This document shows positions 28,352-47,736 of a stretch of 64,000 bases of DNA, in pieces; positions within the stretch are counted from its first letter, which is position 1, and every line of letters begins with the position of its first letter. Origin of the DNA: Eledone cirrhosa. Lineage: Eukaryota. The stretch covers positions 15,748,001-15,812,000 of the forward strand of contig OZ024745.1 in the NCBI GenBank assembly GCA_964016885.1, given 5' to 3'. The position numbers were made by a program, and so were the translations under genes. The notes under the pieces are model-generated. The model was given only the letters and a program-made list of their open reading frames with translations. It was not told the DNA's origin and did no database searches.

Positions 28352-28519
28352 TTGTACTGCTCAGAAATGCTTCTTTCTTAGAGCTAAATAATTGTAATTG
28401 ACCCCTGAGTGTAAACTCTAAACAATATTATATATATATATATATATATATTAGAAAGTGAGGTTTTTTTATACAAAATGAAAAATAACCGAGGTGTCCT
28501 ACACGAGTGAAAGTATAAA

Positions 28520-28804
28520 GAAAAAAAGATGAAATCGAAAATGCAACTGGAGTCTTATTTAAAAAAAATATATATATATTTATTTGGTTCCTTTACCGGT
28601 TTCGCAGTTCTTCTGCTTTTCAAAAGTAGAGTTGAGATGGAGGGTCTGTGGTTTTTCTCACATCTGCGAGAAAAACCACAGACCCTCCATCTCAACTCTA
28701 CTTTTGAAAAGCAGAAAAACTGCGAAACCGGTAAAGGAACCAAATAAATATATATATTTTTTTTAAAAATAAGACTCCAGTTGCATTTTCGATTTCATCT
28801 TTTT

Positions 28805-28806
<2 letters not shown>
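28520..28806. repeat. Near-perfect inverted repeat (about 140-bp arms) with hammerhead 3' halves
   Basis: Centre tttttctcacatctgcgagaaaaa; arm contains tgc-GAAACCGGTA-aagg. Confidence 0.9.
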
Positions 28807-28857
<51 letters not shown>

Positions 28858-28876
28858 CATATATGTATATATATAC

Positions 28877-28968
<92 letters not shown>

Positions 28969-29639
28969 CAATTACCCACATATATATTTTGATTTATAAA
29001 CTTTTTTATTAACAGTTGTATAAATAACATTACAAATGCGTAAATAACAATATTAATTGCTCGTAATTGGTTCAGAAGAACATTACAATTATAATGTGGT
29101 TGATAAACACAAATATAAACGCATGAGAGAGAGAGAGAGAGGAAGAAAGAAAAAAGTGGGGTGATGCAAAAACAAAAAAACGCCCACCAATTCACGAGCA
29201 AGTATGACACTCTATCTACTATTGCAGTCTATGGTCTCACTGGCCATTCTCCGTGGTAATGTTTTCACCATTTTATCTTCGAGGCACGGACGAATCACCA
29301 CTCAGACTGGGGTGTAGAGTCTGTCCCCACCATATTCGCCCTCTCCCTTTCTTCGTCACTTCCTTCTCTTTCTTCCTTTTCTTTTTTTCCCTTTCGCTTT
29401 TTTTTGTTGTATTGAAATATTATTTTTGTTCTAGAGTTGTCTCCCCCGCTAACTTACACGGTACTTGTCTAAAGAAGAAAAGAAAAACGTAAGAGGAAGG
29501 AGCAGGGAGCAGCAGATTCCATAGATACAGATATGTGTGTGGCATATCTCAGCTGTGCTCTGCAGACAGATGGGGGAAATCATTGTCGTGTGCCATTGAA
29601 ACACGCTGCACTCCCCCTCTATCAGGCGGGAGGTATCCT

Positions 29640-29748
29640 TTCCGGTAGTTTGTGGACCTAAAATATTAGAGGTCTCTCCGGTAGTTTGGGGACCTAGAAT
29701 ATTTGAGGTCTCTCCGGTAGTTTGGGGACCTAGAATATTAGAGGTCTC
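29640..29748. repeat. 36-bp minisatellite, 3 units
   Basis: tccggtagtttggggacctagaatattagaggtctc units. Confidence 0.9.
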
Positions 29749-30004
29749 GATGAAAAGGAAGCGGTTTGCCATGTGCCAGGATTTGGCTCCAACTGCCCCC
29801 GATAAATCCGACCCTGGTCCTAAATTAGAGACTTACTTCGACTGGGCGCCTGCCCTTTGTCACGGTCAAAATGCCATGCAGAGTGACCTAATCTGAAACA
29901 TCATGGTTACTAAGCGACCTTAAACTCACAGCTATCGATGTTTACACAGGGCAATATATAAATGAATCCTATTAAGAAGTGTGCTAGCAGCCGAAATATA
30001 TGAC

Positions 30005-30315
30005 GTTTTTTTTTTTACTATGATTTATGTGACAATTAAATCTGTATAAATACAGAGTGTGTAACCGAGACCGCAACAATGTTTATATAAATAAACACCT
30101 TTTTAACACGTAGACGTGTAAACATTCCAGAAAATACGAATTTCCCTGTAAATTATTTCAATTTACAGGGAAATTAGTATTTTCTGACATGTTCACATGT
30201 CTGCACATTATAAATGTGTATATTTATATAAACATTGGTGCAGTGTCGGTTACCCACTTTGTATTTATACAGGTATAACTTTATCAAATAAATCACATAT
30301 AGTAATAAAAAAAAC
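30005..30315. repeat. Old, diverged fold-back inverted repeat
   Basis: Centre aatttccctgtaaatt-atttc-aatttacagggaaatt; arms remain alignable outwards with many mismatches. Confidence 0.75.
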
Positions 30316-30437
30316 TTTAAGATGGCGTATTGGTGAATAGAATTTGAAAGCAACGAGTACTTGTGTCATTTAATCTGACTACATGTATTGGAGTTCATAT
30401 ATAACTGTATTGTATAGGGGATAGATGTGTGCCTTTT

Positions 30438-30474
<37 letters not shown>

Positions 30475-32312
30475 TGTGTGTGTGTGCATATTGGTGAGTA
30501 TGTGTATGTGTCAGTGAGTGTGTGTGCATGTTGGTGAGTATGTGTATGTGTGAGTGTGTGTGTATGTGTGAGTGTGTGAGTGTGTGAGTGTGTCTGTGTG
30601 TCAGTGAGTGTGTGTGTGTGTGAGTGTGAGTGTGTGAGTGTGTGTATGTGTGTGCATGTTGGTGAGTATGTGTGTGTGTGTGTGTGTGTGAGTGTGTGTA
30701 TGTCGGTGAGTGTGTGTGTGTGCATGTTGGTGAGTGTGTGTGGGTGTGTGAGTGTGTGTGTGTGCATGTTGGTGAGTATGTGTATGTCGGTGAGTGTGTG
30801 TGTATGTATGTGTGAGTGTGTGAGTGTGTGTGTGTGTGTGTCGCGGGTTTGGTGCCCTCGTTTACTTAACAGGAAATGTCTGTTTTCAATAAATCCTTAG
30901 GTGCTTCTCTATATATAAGATTGATGTGACAGGGGTAAGAAGTAATGTCAGCCCCTACCCCTCCATGGGAGAGGTACCCCCCACCCCTCCATGGGGAGGT
31001 AATTTAGTGTGGTTGGTCGTTGATGGTGGATTGATGTTAGGAGACAGAGAGAAAGGAACAAAGTGAGGGAGAGGTTAGACAGTGGTAGTGGTGGTAGTGG
31101 TGGTGGTGAGGGGATGATGGTGGTGGTGGTGATGGTGGTGTTGGTGATGGTGGTGGTGAGAGGATGATGTTAGTGGTGAGGGGTTGATGGTGGTGGTGGT
31201 GATGGTGGTGGTGAGGGGATGATGGTAGTGGTGAGGGGTTGATGGTGGTGGTGATGGTATTGGTGATGGTAGTGGCGGTAGTGTTAGTATTTATGATCGT
31301 GGTAATGGTGGTGGTGATGATGGTATTTATGGTGGTGTTTTGTTTTAGAGGATTGGTAGCTAAACATTATATTAAGTAGGGTTAGTAAAGCCCCTTAAGG
31401 TTCAGTCTTGAAAGTGGGTCATGGCATATTGACGTGAGTAGCACTTATGGTGACCCCTTAGATAGGGTGACTTTGGCAAAAGGCCAACGATTTTGGGTGA
31501 GGGGGAAGTCGATTGAATGGACCTCAGTGCGTTACTGGTACCATATTTTATCGACCCCGTAAGGATGAAAGGCAAAGCTAACCTCGGTCTGATTTGAATT
31601 CAGAACGTAAATGTCCATTACTATATGCCGTAAAGCATGTTGTCTGACAGTAACGATGCTGTCAATCAACCAATCATAATTGTTAACCTCGGTGGGATAT
31701 GAGTTCGGAACGTAAAGGAATGTAACTATATGCCGCAAAGCATGTTGTCTGGTGCTCTACCGATGCTGCAAATCCAACTCCCTTGCACAGCATTCTTTCC
31801 TTTTCGGGAGTAATACAAGAAATTTGAGTTTCCAGTTTGAAATCAAAGCCAAATAAACAATTGTTAACAAAATGGTGGACTTTATTTCTCTAAATAAAAC
31901 TGTCAGCTGTCAAATCACACAATGAACTATTTGGTGGTTGAAAATGAAGTTAGTTATATTTCAAGGCAGCTAACGCCATCTATTAGAAAAGAATGTAATT
32001 ACTTTCTGGACAACTCAATAATAGTTTTTGATTTAGGCACAAGGCCAACAATCTTTGAGGAAAGGGGAAAGTCGATTAAATCGACCTCAGTGCATTACTG
32101 GTGCTTTATTTTATCGACCTCATAATTATGAAAGGTAAAGCTAACCTCGGCTGGATTTGAACTCAGAACATAAAGAGCGGTAACTCGATGTCACGAATCA
32201 TGGTGTCCGACCATCCACGATACCGCCAATCCACCATCCTCTGGACAACCCGATAATACTACCTTATCCAGTATATCCCTACCACTTTGAACACGGTAGA
32301 TACCTTCTGGGC

Positions 32313-32706
32313 TACTCTAGGGTCTTGAATAATCTAGTCCCATCGCTTATTAATATTTCAAATTTTTTCCACCTGCCCCCGCTTTTATTCCAACTCACCC
32401 GCTTATTAAAGTTTGCTAATCTATCTCCGGCGGAATTCTATTTAAGTAGTAGCATTCCTGCTACAATTAATTTTCTTTAGACATTAAAAAAGCATTACCA
32501 AAAAAGTAAATTGCAAGAAATCCCATACGTTATACAATAAATAGGATGGGTTGGGGTCTCAATATGTAAACTCAATGACTAAATTTGTTATTTAATAAAA
32601 AATCAACGGAGACAACCTAGAAAAGTTACCGAGCCCCCCTCTTATTCCACCCACCTCTAATTCCACCCCCGATTACTCCACCCCTCTTATTTGGGACCTG
32701 AGAGTA
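32313..32706. mobile_element. MITE-like element with imperfect TIRs
   Basis: tactctagggtcttgaataa / ttatttgggacctgagagta. Confidence 0.45.
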
Positions 32707-33404
32707 TTTTCAGGTATAAATCGAAGTTGCAGCCGCAATATAGCATATACCAATCGAATATATATGTATATATATACGTATATATATATACAATGTATAT
32801 TCAATGATATTAAATAAATGGAAACTATATTTATAAATCCATATTTATTCTATTATATATATTTCAAGGGTACTAAAACTTTGGTACGCTTTCATCAGAT
32901 AAAATACAAAGTTTGTTTAATAAATATTGACATAACCAGGAAGAAGAACTTAACGGTTCAAGTTTTTCCTGGTTATGTCAAAATTTATAAAACAAACTTA
33001 GTATTTTACCTGATGAGAGCGTACCAAAGTTTTGGTACCCTTGAAATATATATAATAGAATAAATATGGTTTTATAAATATAGTTTCCATTTATTTAATA
33101 TCATTGAATAATATACTCCAGAAAAACTGTCGAGTGCTTTGAATCAGTTATAAACATTTATATTTGTTGAATTACCAGCAAATTGAATATCCCTTTTGCT
33201 TATATAGATGTCAACATGAATGGACCTGTTATTTTTTTTATCTAAATACATTTTTTCCCAATTCCAACCCGCCCGTCCCCTGAATCTATCTTATTTCTCA
33301 TTCTTTCTTCTGATGAAGCATTAGCGTCCGAAACGTTAAGACCCTCTTCCTGCTATATCAAGCGTTAACCTAATATATCCCTTCCATATACTGTACCGAT
33401 TGTG

Positions 33405-33536
<132 letters not shown>

Positions 33537-33547
33537 GCATACACACA

Positions 33548-33675
<128 letters not shown>

Positions 33676-34131
33676 AGCAAAAGGGATATTCTAATTATTT
33701 AAATCCTGCATAGCGTTTACAATAGCGTTTTTTCAGCCCTATACCTCAACCTCATTTGCATACTCATCTTAATAATTTGAAATATCTGACTTTTCTTCTC
33801 TTTTCCTTCACTATCCAGGAACTTGAACCGTTAAGGTATCTTTTCTTGGTTATGTCAAAATTTATAAAACAAACTTTGTATTTTATCTGATGAAAGCGTA
33901 CCAAAGTTTTGGTACCCTTAAAATATATATAATAGAATAAATATAGTTTTATAAATATAGTTTCCATTTATTTAATATCATTGAATATTATACTCCAGAA
34001 AATCTGTCGAGTGCTCTGAATCAGTTATAAACATTTATATTTGTTGAATTACCAACAAATTGAATATTCCTTTTGCATATAAATAGCTCCTTTAATGTTG
34101 AGCACTTTAAACTATAACTGATTGCAAAATA

Positions 34132-36378
34132 ATGGAATTCTTTAGGATTTCTTCTTCTCTAAAAGATGTACCCTTATCTAAAAATAAGGAATATCTAAAA
34201 CAACTCATAGAGAAATCTGTCTCCTTTATACGAAGACTTAGATGGCGTGCTTTCCAATTTGATAAACAATCGGAGGACAAAATAAATCCAGTTACAACTT
34301 CGATGTTATCTTCAAATCTAAGAAGAATCCATCTAGCAACAAACTACTAGCCGAATTTGAAAATGAAGTAATCTCTATTATACAAAACATTAAATTCAAA
34401 AGAAACCAATTTATCTGCCAGGAGTACCTTAAAGGCCTCAAGAATAAAATAGACAATCTAGGAAAAACAAAGAGGATCCTGGTAAAATCTGACAAAACAA
34501 ATAATTTATATGGTATGGAAAAGGACGAATATAATAGCCTTATATTGAAAGAACTCAGCAAAACTACAAAATAACACCAAATGAACATCTTTCAACGTTA
34601 AATAGGGAAGCTTCGGAAATTATTTATAAATTAGGCATTCAAAATAGGACCGAGCCCTTTATACCTAGAAAACCGAAGATTAACCTGAAGGACCACAAAA
34701 GAAATTTTGAAATTGAACTACCAGTCAGACTCATCGCACCATCTAAATCGGACTTAGGCATAAATAGCAAACATATATTAGATAGAATTATACCACTACT
34801 TAAAGAAAAATCACACCTTAAACTATGGAACGATACTAATGAAGTTATAGATTGGTTCAATAACATAAAATTAAAACATAACAAAAAATTAATTCAAATG
34901 GATATTTCAAATTACTACTCCTCTATTACCCCTAGCTTACTTAATAAGGCACTTATCTACGCTTCTAAACATACAGACCTATCTAGCGAAGAAATGAATA
35001 TCATTCTAACAGCATGTAACACCCTAATAGAATTTAATAATCATCTCTGGACAAGAGCCAACAGAAAAAACAATTTTGATATCACTATGGGATCATCTGA
35101 TTCAGCCCAAGTAACGGACCTTGCTGGATTATTTATTAATAATGTACTGCATAGGAAAATGCCAGAGATGACCGGAGGTTTATATTGCGACGATATGTTA
35201 CTTTTAATTGAAAACCATAGCAATAGTGAAATTAATAGGAACAGGAAATCCATAATACAATTTTTCAACAATTACAACCTTAATTTAGAAATCGAGAATA
35301 ATTACAAAATCGTTAATTCCTTAGATGTAACCTTAAACCTTAGCACAGGTATTTACTATCCATTCCATAAAATTAACGAAAATCTAAATTACGTAAGTTT
35401 CAATTCTAATCATCCTAGAAATATTAAAAACGCTATTCTCAATTAGCGTCCAACAACGGATTTCACGCATCTCTGCTAATAAAAATATTTTTGATGATAA
35501 GGCAGAATATTACAATAAAGCTTTACATAGAGCAGGATACTCGAATAAAATTAAATACATAGATAACAATAACATGACAAATCATCCTAGAATTAATTAT
35601 AATAATAATAAACAATTTAACTTAAACACTAAACCAAACAAAAAAAAACTAGAACTAGAAATATTATTTGGTACTCTCCCTCATTCTCATTAAGCGTTAA
35701 AACACCTTTAGCAAAGCTATTTTTTAAAGCACTAGATAAATGTTTTCCTAAGGCCCACAGAAACCACTCTATTTTTAACAGACACACTATAAAACTATCC
35801 CACTCTACTACTATGAACATAGCACAAAATATAAATAGAATTAATAATAGAAACTTAAATTTAAACCCTAACCAAACTAACCAAGATAGCAATAATAATA
35901 TTCCTAACAACAATATTCAGAATAATAGTACCGTTCCGAACAACAACTCCAGAAAATGTACCTGTAGAATTAAATCAAACTGCTCTTTACAAAATAATTG
36001 CTTAGACAAAAACGTAATTTATAAATGCACAGTTAAAATTAGAGATAAACTATTTAACTATATTGGTGCCACTTCTACAAAATTCAAAGAACGCTGGTAT
36101 AACCATAACACCCATTTAATAGATCCGATAAAAAATCTTCCACTTCACTTTCACATTTAATTTGGAACATACAAGACAACAATATAGACTATTCAATATC
36201 TTGGGGAACGATTTCGAAAGCACCTGCATACTGAAATATGGCTTTCTCAAGATTCTGTAACTTGTGTATCGAGGAAATTTTATATAATTAACTGTCAAAA
36301 CTCTATTAATCTTAAAACAGAATTATTTTCTAGTTGCAGACATCGCCAAAATTCCACTTTCAGAAGTATTTTAATTTA
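34132..36378 (+). pseudogene. PLE RT plus GIY-YIG polyprotein, disrupted
   Basis: KDVPLS...FIRRLRWRA, KSDK, LKDHK, DISNYYSSI, TMGSSDSAQ, LYCDD, SLDVTL, SNHP, CTCRIKSNCSL, VIYKC...YIGAT; several frameshifts and stops. Confidence 0.92.
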
Positions 36379-37552
36379 GGATATTCATTACACTTGACTA
36401 TATCTTATAGACCTTCAAAATGATCCAATTTTCTTTAAAAATGTATATTTAATTTTTTTAAAGTGATCTTCCTTCTTAATTTTTTTAATATTTCTACTAT
36501 TTTTACCATTTGACATTCATTTTTTAATTTTTTTATATATTTTTTACTATTTTTACCTTTTGACATTATTTTCTTAATGATACCCCTCTAAATATATTTT
36601 TTTAGATGTAGATTGATAATTTTTAATTGACATTCTGAAAGTTTATCCTCTTTACGATAGTTCTTCGAAATGCACATTACTTTTTTCCTTTTCTTTTGAT
36701 CTTCAAACTTTCACACATCTTTCGACTAAAATAATATATAATTGAAATTAATCTCACACAAAATAATATATTATTTTCTCTATATATTTTCTGAGTAAAT
36801 CATTCATCAAATTTAATGGTTAACAAACAAGATTGGAGTTATGTTTCCCTTTTCAATCGTGCAAACATAAACATTTTATTATAATATAATATGTATGATA
36901 AACTATATAACTTCGCTAAATTAACAATATTCTGAAAACCTTTTCAATGTTGGAACAAAATATTTGAATCTACAAATTATTCTCCTCTTACAACTTGAAC
37001 TACGTGTTTATTTTTTATGTAAAATGCAAAATCAACGCTCTTCGTAACTCATATTAGAAATGTAAACAACTAATAATTGTAAATTATTCCTATTTCTATA
37101 ATACTTATACATGCACAATTATTAATCATTACATATATTTATATACTCACAACCTATTGTAATGTAACAAGAAAAAATCTACTTACAACCATAATTCTTC
37201 ATATAATCTGATTGATTATAACTCATAATATATCTAAATAAATTTAAATTCTGGAATCATATTCCACCATTCCCGCAAATTATTAATTCCTTTTAAATTA
37301 ACGTAAATACAAGCTCTTCTTTCTTTTTTTTTTCTTCTTCCTACTCATACATACATATATCCTAATTATTTAAATTCTGCATAGCGTCTAAAATAATGAT
37401 TCTTTAGCCTTATACCTCAACCTCATTTGCATACTCATCTTAATAATTTGAAATATCTGACTTTTCTTCTCTTTTCCTTCACTATCCAAGAAAAACTAGA
37501 ACCGTTAAGGTATCTTTTCTTGGTTATGTCAAAATTTATAAAACAAACTTTG

Positions 37553-37613
37553 TATTTTATCTGATGAAAGCGTACCAAAGTTTTGGTACCCTTGAAATAT
37601 ATATAATAGAATA
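37553..37613 (+). ncRNA. Type I hammerhead in pLTR (family H)
   Basis: tattttat-CTGATGA-aagcgtacc aaagtttt ggtaccctt-GAA-ATATATAT-A-atagaata; 8-bp stem I. Copies at 32846-32906(-), 33002-33062(+) and 33879-33939(+, G12>A). Confidence 0.85.
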
Positions 37614-37719
37614 AATATGGTTTTATAAATATAGTTATTTAATATCATTGTATATATATGTATGAATTGTTATACTTGGGGAGGGTCATATTGTTGTAAT
37701 ACATCGCCGTATATGTATG

Positions 37720-37770
<51 letters not shown>

Positions 37771-37777
37771 TCACACA

Positions 37778-37850
<73 letters not shown>

Positions 37851-38053
37851 GTATGTATGTATATATAAACGTTTATATATATTGAAAACAGCTGGTGATA
37901 TGCATGTAAGTAAATATTCTCTATCTGATAGTTTGTAAACTTACATATATATATATATGTATGTAAAAAGTAAACAGAAATAACAACACAATCGGAACAG
38001 TATATGGAAGGTATATATTAGGTTAACATATATATATATATGTATATATAAAC

Positions 38054-38104
<51 letters not shown>

Positions 38105-38108
<4 letters not shown>

Positions 38109-38523
38109 CATTAAGTCAAATATGTAAAATTTGGCTTCGTTTATTATAAATTATAGATATACCGCTATATATATATATTTCGGTGACAGCCATCATTGGG
38201 TGTGACCTCTTCAGGCAGTCCGAATTGGTGTGGTAGAGACAGGTACACATGTTGTTGAAGTGTGTTTTACTCCGTCAATACTCCGATATGTCCAGTTCCT
38301 GGTTGCGTTGTTATTTCTCAGAGAACCAGGAACTGGACATATCGGAGCATTGACGGAGTAAAACACACTTCAACAACATGTGTACCTGTCTCTCCGACAC
38401 CAATTCGGACTGCCTGAAGAGGTCACACCCAATGATGGCTATCACCGAAATATATATATAGCGGTATATCTATAATTTATAATAAACAAAGCCAAATTTT
38501 ACGTATTTGACTTAATTATTTTA
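38105..38523. repeat. Inverted repeat (about 200-bp arms) with opposed hammerheads (family I)
   Basis: 38105-38304 vs 38324-38523; (TA)n flanks. Confidence 0.9.
38409..38465 (+). ncRNA. Type I hammerhead (family I)
   Basis: actgc-CTGAAGA-ggt...acc-GAA-ATATATATAT-A-gcggt; mirror copy at 38161-38219(-). Confidence 0.8.
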
Positions 38524-38610
38524 CATTGCTCCGGAGTTAACCAACCAACCTGCGTACTTCGTCGAGTGCTCCAATCTGCATACTGAGGTGTCGGTAAACA
38601 ACCAACATAT

Positions 38611-38705
<95 letters not shown>

Positions 38706-38787
38706 GTTCTTCCGGGTTGAATCGGAGGTAACCACAGTAAGTAAGGTACTCAATACATAGCAGAGTATAACAGTTTTAATATAGATG

Positions 38788-38838
38788 AGATTCTACAGGA
38801 CTAGAACTGTTTCATTCATTAGAAATCATCAGGAATCT
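38788..38838 (-). ncRNA. Type I hammerhead (family A)
   Basis: Identical to 4773-4823; the surrounding 38700-38823 matches 4628-4771. Confidence 0.85.
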
Positions 38839-39329
38839 GGGTATCAAAAAATAAATATGGTATTTATAGGTCTCTACAAGTGGTAGGAGAGGGTGGGGAG
38901 TGGGATGGGTGCAGGTCATTGGTTGATAGAAAAGGGAATTCATTAAAAGCTAATTCTACAAAGCTATAGTTTATTTTTATTTTTATTTTTATTTATTTAT
39001 GTTTTTAGAGTAACAAGGGCAGACAGAATTCTATAAACAGGTTCCGGATGGCATACCATTCCTTGTCAATAAGTTTCTCTTAAGCTAACAGATGTCTATA
39101 AAATCAGTGGGGGGTCAGTCATGGTCGATAGAATTAAAGAAAAGGGAGATTCTTTAATAGCTAAAGTCATTAAGGTTCTACTAAGTGACAAAGGTCTAGA
39201 GAATTCTGCAGACAGATTCAAAATACTGAGTGCATATCTTACTATTATCTTCGAACTTCTCTTAAACTAATCAACTATATGCCAAAAATCAACAGACACA
39301 TTCATAAATAAACAAAAAAACACATACTC

Positions 39330-42000
<2,671 letters not shown>

Positions 42001-42296
42001 TGCTGACATAACTATATAATATATGCATGCATTGTAAACCTGCAGGTTCTGATTCTTTGTAATAAAATTCTCATTATCTGCAGCTGCTGCCACCTACAAA
42101 ATATTTACCTGCAACAATACCAAAGACTGTCTTAGCTTCACAGTTTACCAATTCCTCAACAGCTGCTTCACAAACTTACTCTATCCCTTCTGTTTAGCGC
42201 AGTTTACACCCCTCTATTCACATCTTCAAATACCAACCGTCTTTTTCTTCAGAACGCTCATCGTTCTGATACATTCTGCATAAATGGTGAGAATGG

Positions 42297-42331
<35 letters not shown>

Positions 42332-42920
42332 GCTTTTGTTGTTGCTTTTTTTTTTGTGTGTGTGTTTTTTTTTCCTTTTTTTTTTTCTCTTTTTTTTTCA
42401 TATCATTTCCATTTCTCTATAGAAATGGAGAAATAGTTGAAGACTTACCATTGTTCCTGCTGGCAGCTTTGATTGGAATTAAAGACAAAGGGATGGAATG
42501 AGAGAGATAGGAAAGAAAGAAAGTAAGAGATAGAAAGTGAAAGAAGAGTGAGATAGTGTGGCGAGAGAGAGAGAAAAGGAGAGAGAGAGAAGGATGAGAA
42601 ATATAGAGAGTGACAAAGGAAAAGAAAGTCAAAGCATTAAAGAAGAAGAAGAAGAAAAAGAAGAAGCAGAAGAAGAAGGATAAAAAGACATAATAATAAC
42701 AATAATAATAGTATTAATAATAATAATAATAATTGTTCTACTTTTGGCACAAGGCCTGCAATTATCCCAGTGTATTACTGGTACTTTATTTTATCGACCC
42801 CGTAAGGATGAAAGGCAAAGTTAACCTCGGCGGGATTTGAACTCAGATCATACAGGGCCGTAACTCATTGCTGCAAAGCATGGCGTCCGACCCTCTACCG
42901 ATACTGCCAATACACCACCC

Positions 42921-42974
<54 letters not shown>

Positions 42975-43379
42975 GAAGAAGAAGAAAAAGAAGATGAAAA
43001 AGAAAAAGAAAAAGAAAAAGAAAAAGAAAAAGAAAAAGAAAAAGAAAAAGAAGAACAAACTGGAAAATATAAAAATCGAAGAAACTTCGAGATTTTGAAT
43101 GACAAAGAATTAAGGAAGATTTGAAGGAAAACAAGGGAGATTATGGAATGTGAATGTCTGCCTAATTGATATGGCACTAACTAGAATAATGATTTTATAT
43201 GTTGTAGACGTATGTATACATGTATGGAATATATGTATGTATATATATGTCTGTAGACGTACGTATGTATGTATGGAATGTACTATGTATGTTTATATGT
43301 ATGTATGGAATGTATTATGTATATTTATATGTATGTATGCTTGTATGTATGTATGTATGTATGTATGTATGTATGTATG

Positions 43380-43442
<63 letters not shown>

Positions 43443-43763
43443 GCACCCATGCATATACATATATTTAAACCACTGGGAGTGAAGGACCCCTAGCCTCGTC
43501 AGGGCATTCTTCTAGGAGAAGGCAACTCAGGAAACTGGGATAACTCCGACATAAAACCTGCAACTCAGTAGTTACAGATGACGTTGATCTTTTCTTCTTT
43601 TCGTGTTATAGCTACTGTCACTCAGAGAGTGGGATTGGCTCAGTGCACAGTCTTTCCTCACTTTGAAAACAATCTTCACGCACAGGCATTGCACGATAGA
43701 ATTAATTGATAATTATTAAAAATGTTATATCGTGCAATGGCCATACTCGATAACGAGGGGTCA

Positions 43764-45145
<1,382 letters not shown>

Positions 45146-45282
45146 ACACTCCGGAATACTGAAGGATCAGGAACTAAGTTTCTTGAACAATTCTTCCATA
45201 ACTCGTAGAGTAACCTCTTACCGTACGTCAACCATATCCAGTGTAGTAATTAACCATTACTACATCTTGGATAATCCTATAC

Positions 45283-45337
<55 letters not shown>

Positions 45338-45739
45338 CTGTGTGTGTATATATTTTATTATGTCAGGTCTTCAGCGCCAGTGGTAACATGTAACCCAGTA
45401 CAACCTATGCATGGTCGGGGGGGGGGGGGGGGTCGTCGGCGACTGAACCGGTAACCCCACCAAGCTTGCTTCGTGAAGAGGGTGATTTTTAACACCCTGC
45501 GGGATGAAAGCAAAATCCACCAGGGGGCGGAGAAACTCTGGAGAGTCAACGGCCTTCTGTCCTTACATTCAATGGCTACCCTAACAATATTGTTATTTTC
45601 ATGCTCGTAAACCTGGGTGAGATGGTTGTTGTCTTTTTCTTCTGTTGTAAATGTTGCTTCAGTGTTACCATCCGGATCTCGTCCGATGTTAAAACGGATA
45701 TTTGGTACCGGACACTCTGCTTTCGAGGTTATAGCCTAC

Positions 45740-46320
45740 CCCTACTCTAATTGATGTTTAAATTTCCAGTAACACTCTGCAAGTTTGCGATTTCTTATAT
45801 TTCTCTCGTTCAGGTCTTACTGTGACCAGTTAAAGAGGCCAAATGTTGGGGTTAGGATGGGTGCAGTAAAGGTTTTGTGGGCAATGTGCTTGTTGTAGAC
45901 TGAGAGTGCTGATGACCATATTCTCTTTACTCTCCTGGGGTATTCATTCATCGCTTTCTTCTCCTTTATATGTCCATATCTGACAAAGAAAAGGTTGGAA
46001 ATACTTCTGGCTCCATTTCTATGACCAATAGATTTTGTGAGCAGGTATGATAGAGGGATTAACGAGTGGACAAAGAATATTTGATAAGTTATCATCCTGC
46101 AAAACACTTTTTTGGTAGTGTATCGCACAAACTTCTGCTTTTTATCACCTTTAGGAAGCAAAGTGGTATACAAAGTGTTGGTCAGGCGTTGGATAGCAGC
46201 TGCTAGCAGTTGTGGCATTTCGGCCCATTTGTGAGGCCTTGACAATCTACTTAGGTGATGCAGTATCAAAGGCCTTCTGTTAGTTCACTAACATCTTGGA
46301 CAAGTATCTTTTCCATTACT
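45740..46320 (-). mobile_element. Degenerate R4/Dong-like RT remnant
   Basis: IPLSYLL, RSISNLFFV, KRIWSS and APILTPTFGLFNWS match the 54860-56790 element. Confidence 0.8.
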
Positions 46321-46431
46321 GAATCCCTTACACTTTAATACTGACATTTCGTTGATTGAACGACTGAATGATCATCTTCGAAACCGACGGTGAATCTATC
46401 TTCAACTTAACGTAAACATTATATTCACACT

Positions 46432-46557
<126 letters not shown>

Positions 46558-46915
46558 GCGCTGTATATATGCACACATCCAACACTTGTGAATTTCGAAA
46601 AAAGAATGTTAGCGAATTAGTGTTTCTGTTTTAAAGGAGTTAAAACAAACAAACAAAGAAAATATCCTAAAAAATGAATAAAAGGAAAGTGAATTGAATT
46701 GTGGAAGTTATCTGTCGAAGAGATGATATTAATCTTGGGTGCTTTGACAGTTCTTTGTCAGTTGTTGGTGCTAGTGAAGTCTGTAAATTTAATTATAAGA
46801 GACAAAGGTTTGATATCAGCACCAATCACCAGAATGATAGTGACCAACACTATAGACATTCTTTTACATTGATTCTGGGATACTTACCTTATTTGTTGTT
46901 GCTGCTGCGAGTGCC

Positions 46916-47062
46916 TTCTTCTTCTTCTTCTTCTTCTTCTTCTTCTTCTTCTTCTTCTTCTTCTTCTTCTTCTTCTTCTTCTTCTTCTTCTTCTTCTTCT
47001 TCTTCTTCTTCTTCTTCTTCTTCTTCTTCTTCTTCTTCTTCTTCTTCTTCTTCTTCTTCTTC
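46916..47062. repeat. (TTC)n microsatellite
   Basis: Seen directly. Confidence 0.98.
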
Positions 47063-47589
47063 TAACCACCGAAACTTCTTAACAACCAGAATACATTAAA
47101 AAATAAACAAATATTGCTTCAAGAATTTTAGCCCGATTATACTGGGGGAAGAAAATATGTAGGAGAGATAAAAAAAAAGAAGGATCAAGTAACGAGAGAA
47201 AGGGAGAGGAGAGAACGTTCCACACACCCCAGTCTGAGCGGTGGCACAGTGACGCCCCGTGGAGAAAACAGCAAAAGCGTTACCACGCAGAATGGCCAGT
47301 CACACCCGCTGCATCAGCCACTCTATCTGACGGGGCCCTCTCCTCAATCAGACTGCCATCTTTCCGACTTGTTTAGTTCTCTGCAGTATGGTCTTTTTTG
47401 ACACATTGTTGAATAACTTTAGTAAATATAATATGGAACTACACTGGCTTTGCGAGAGATGATGCTGTTTCTATTACAGGCCGTAAACATTTAGTGTGTG
47501 TGTGACAGCTCACACCTATGCAGGTTTAGTTGGGCCCCTCCAAGGTTGGAGGTGTCTTGGGTGATTTAATGATAGGGACCCCAATCCTA

Positions 47590-47736
47590 TCATCTCATTT
47601 CTACAGCTGAGTAAACTGGAGCAACGTGAAATAAAGTGTCTTGCTCAAGGAAACAACACATCGCCCGGTCCGAGAATTGAACTCACAACCTTTCGATTGC
47701 AAGACCAATGCTCTAACCACTAAACCATGCGCCTTC
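47590..47736 (-). mobile_element. tRNA-derived SINE (family S2)
   Basis: ggcgcatggtttagtggttagagc...gtgagttcaattc...tccttgagcaagacactt. Confidence 0.8.

Noticed and set aside
47660-47736. tRNA gene
   Set aside because: A/B boxes run into a SINE body and no convincing cloverleaf forms; the same applies to S1 heads.
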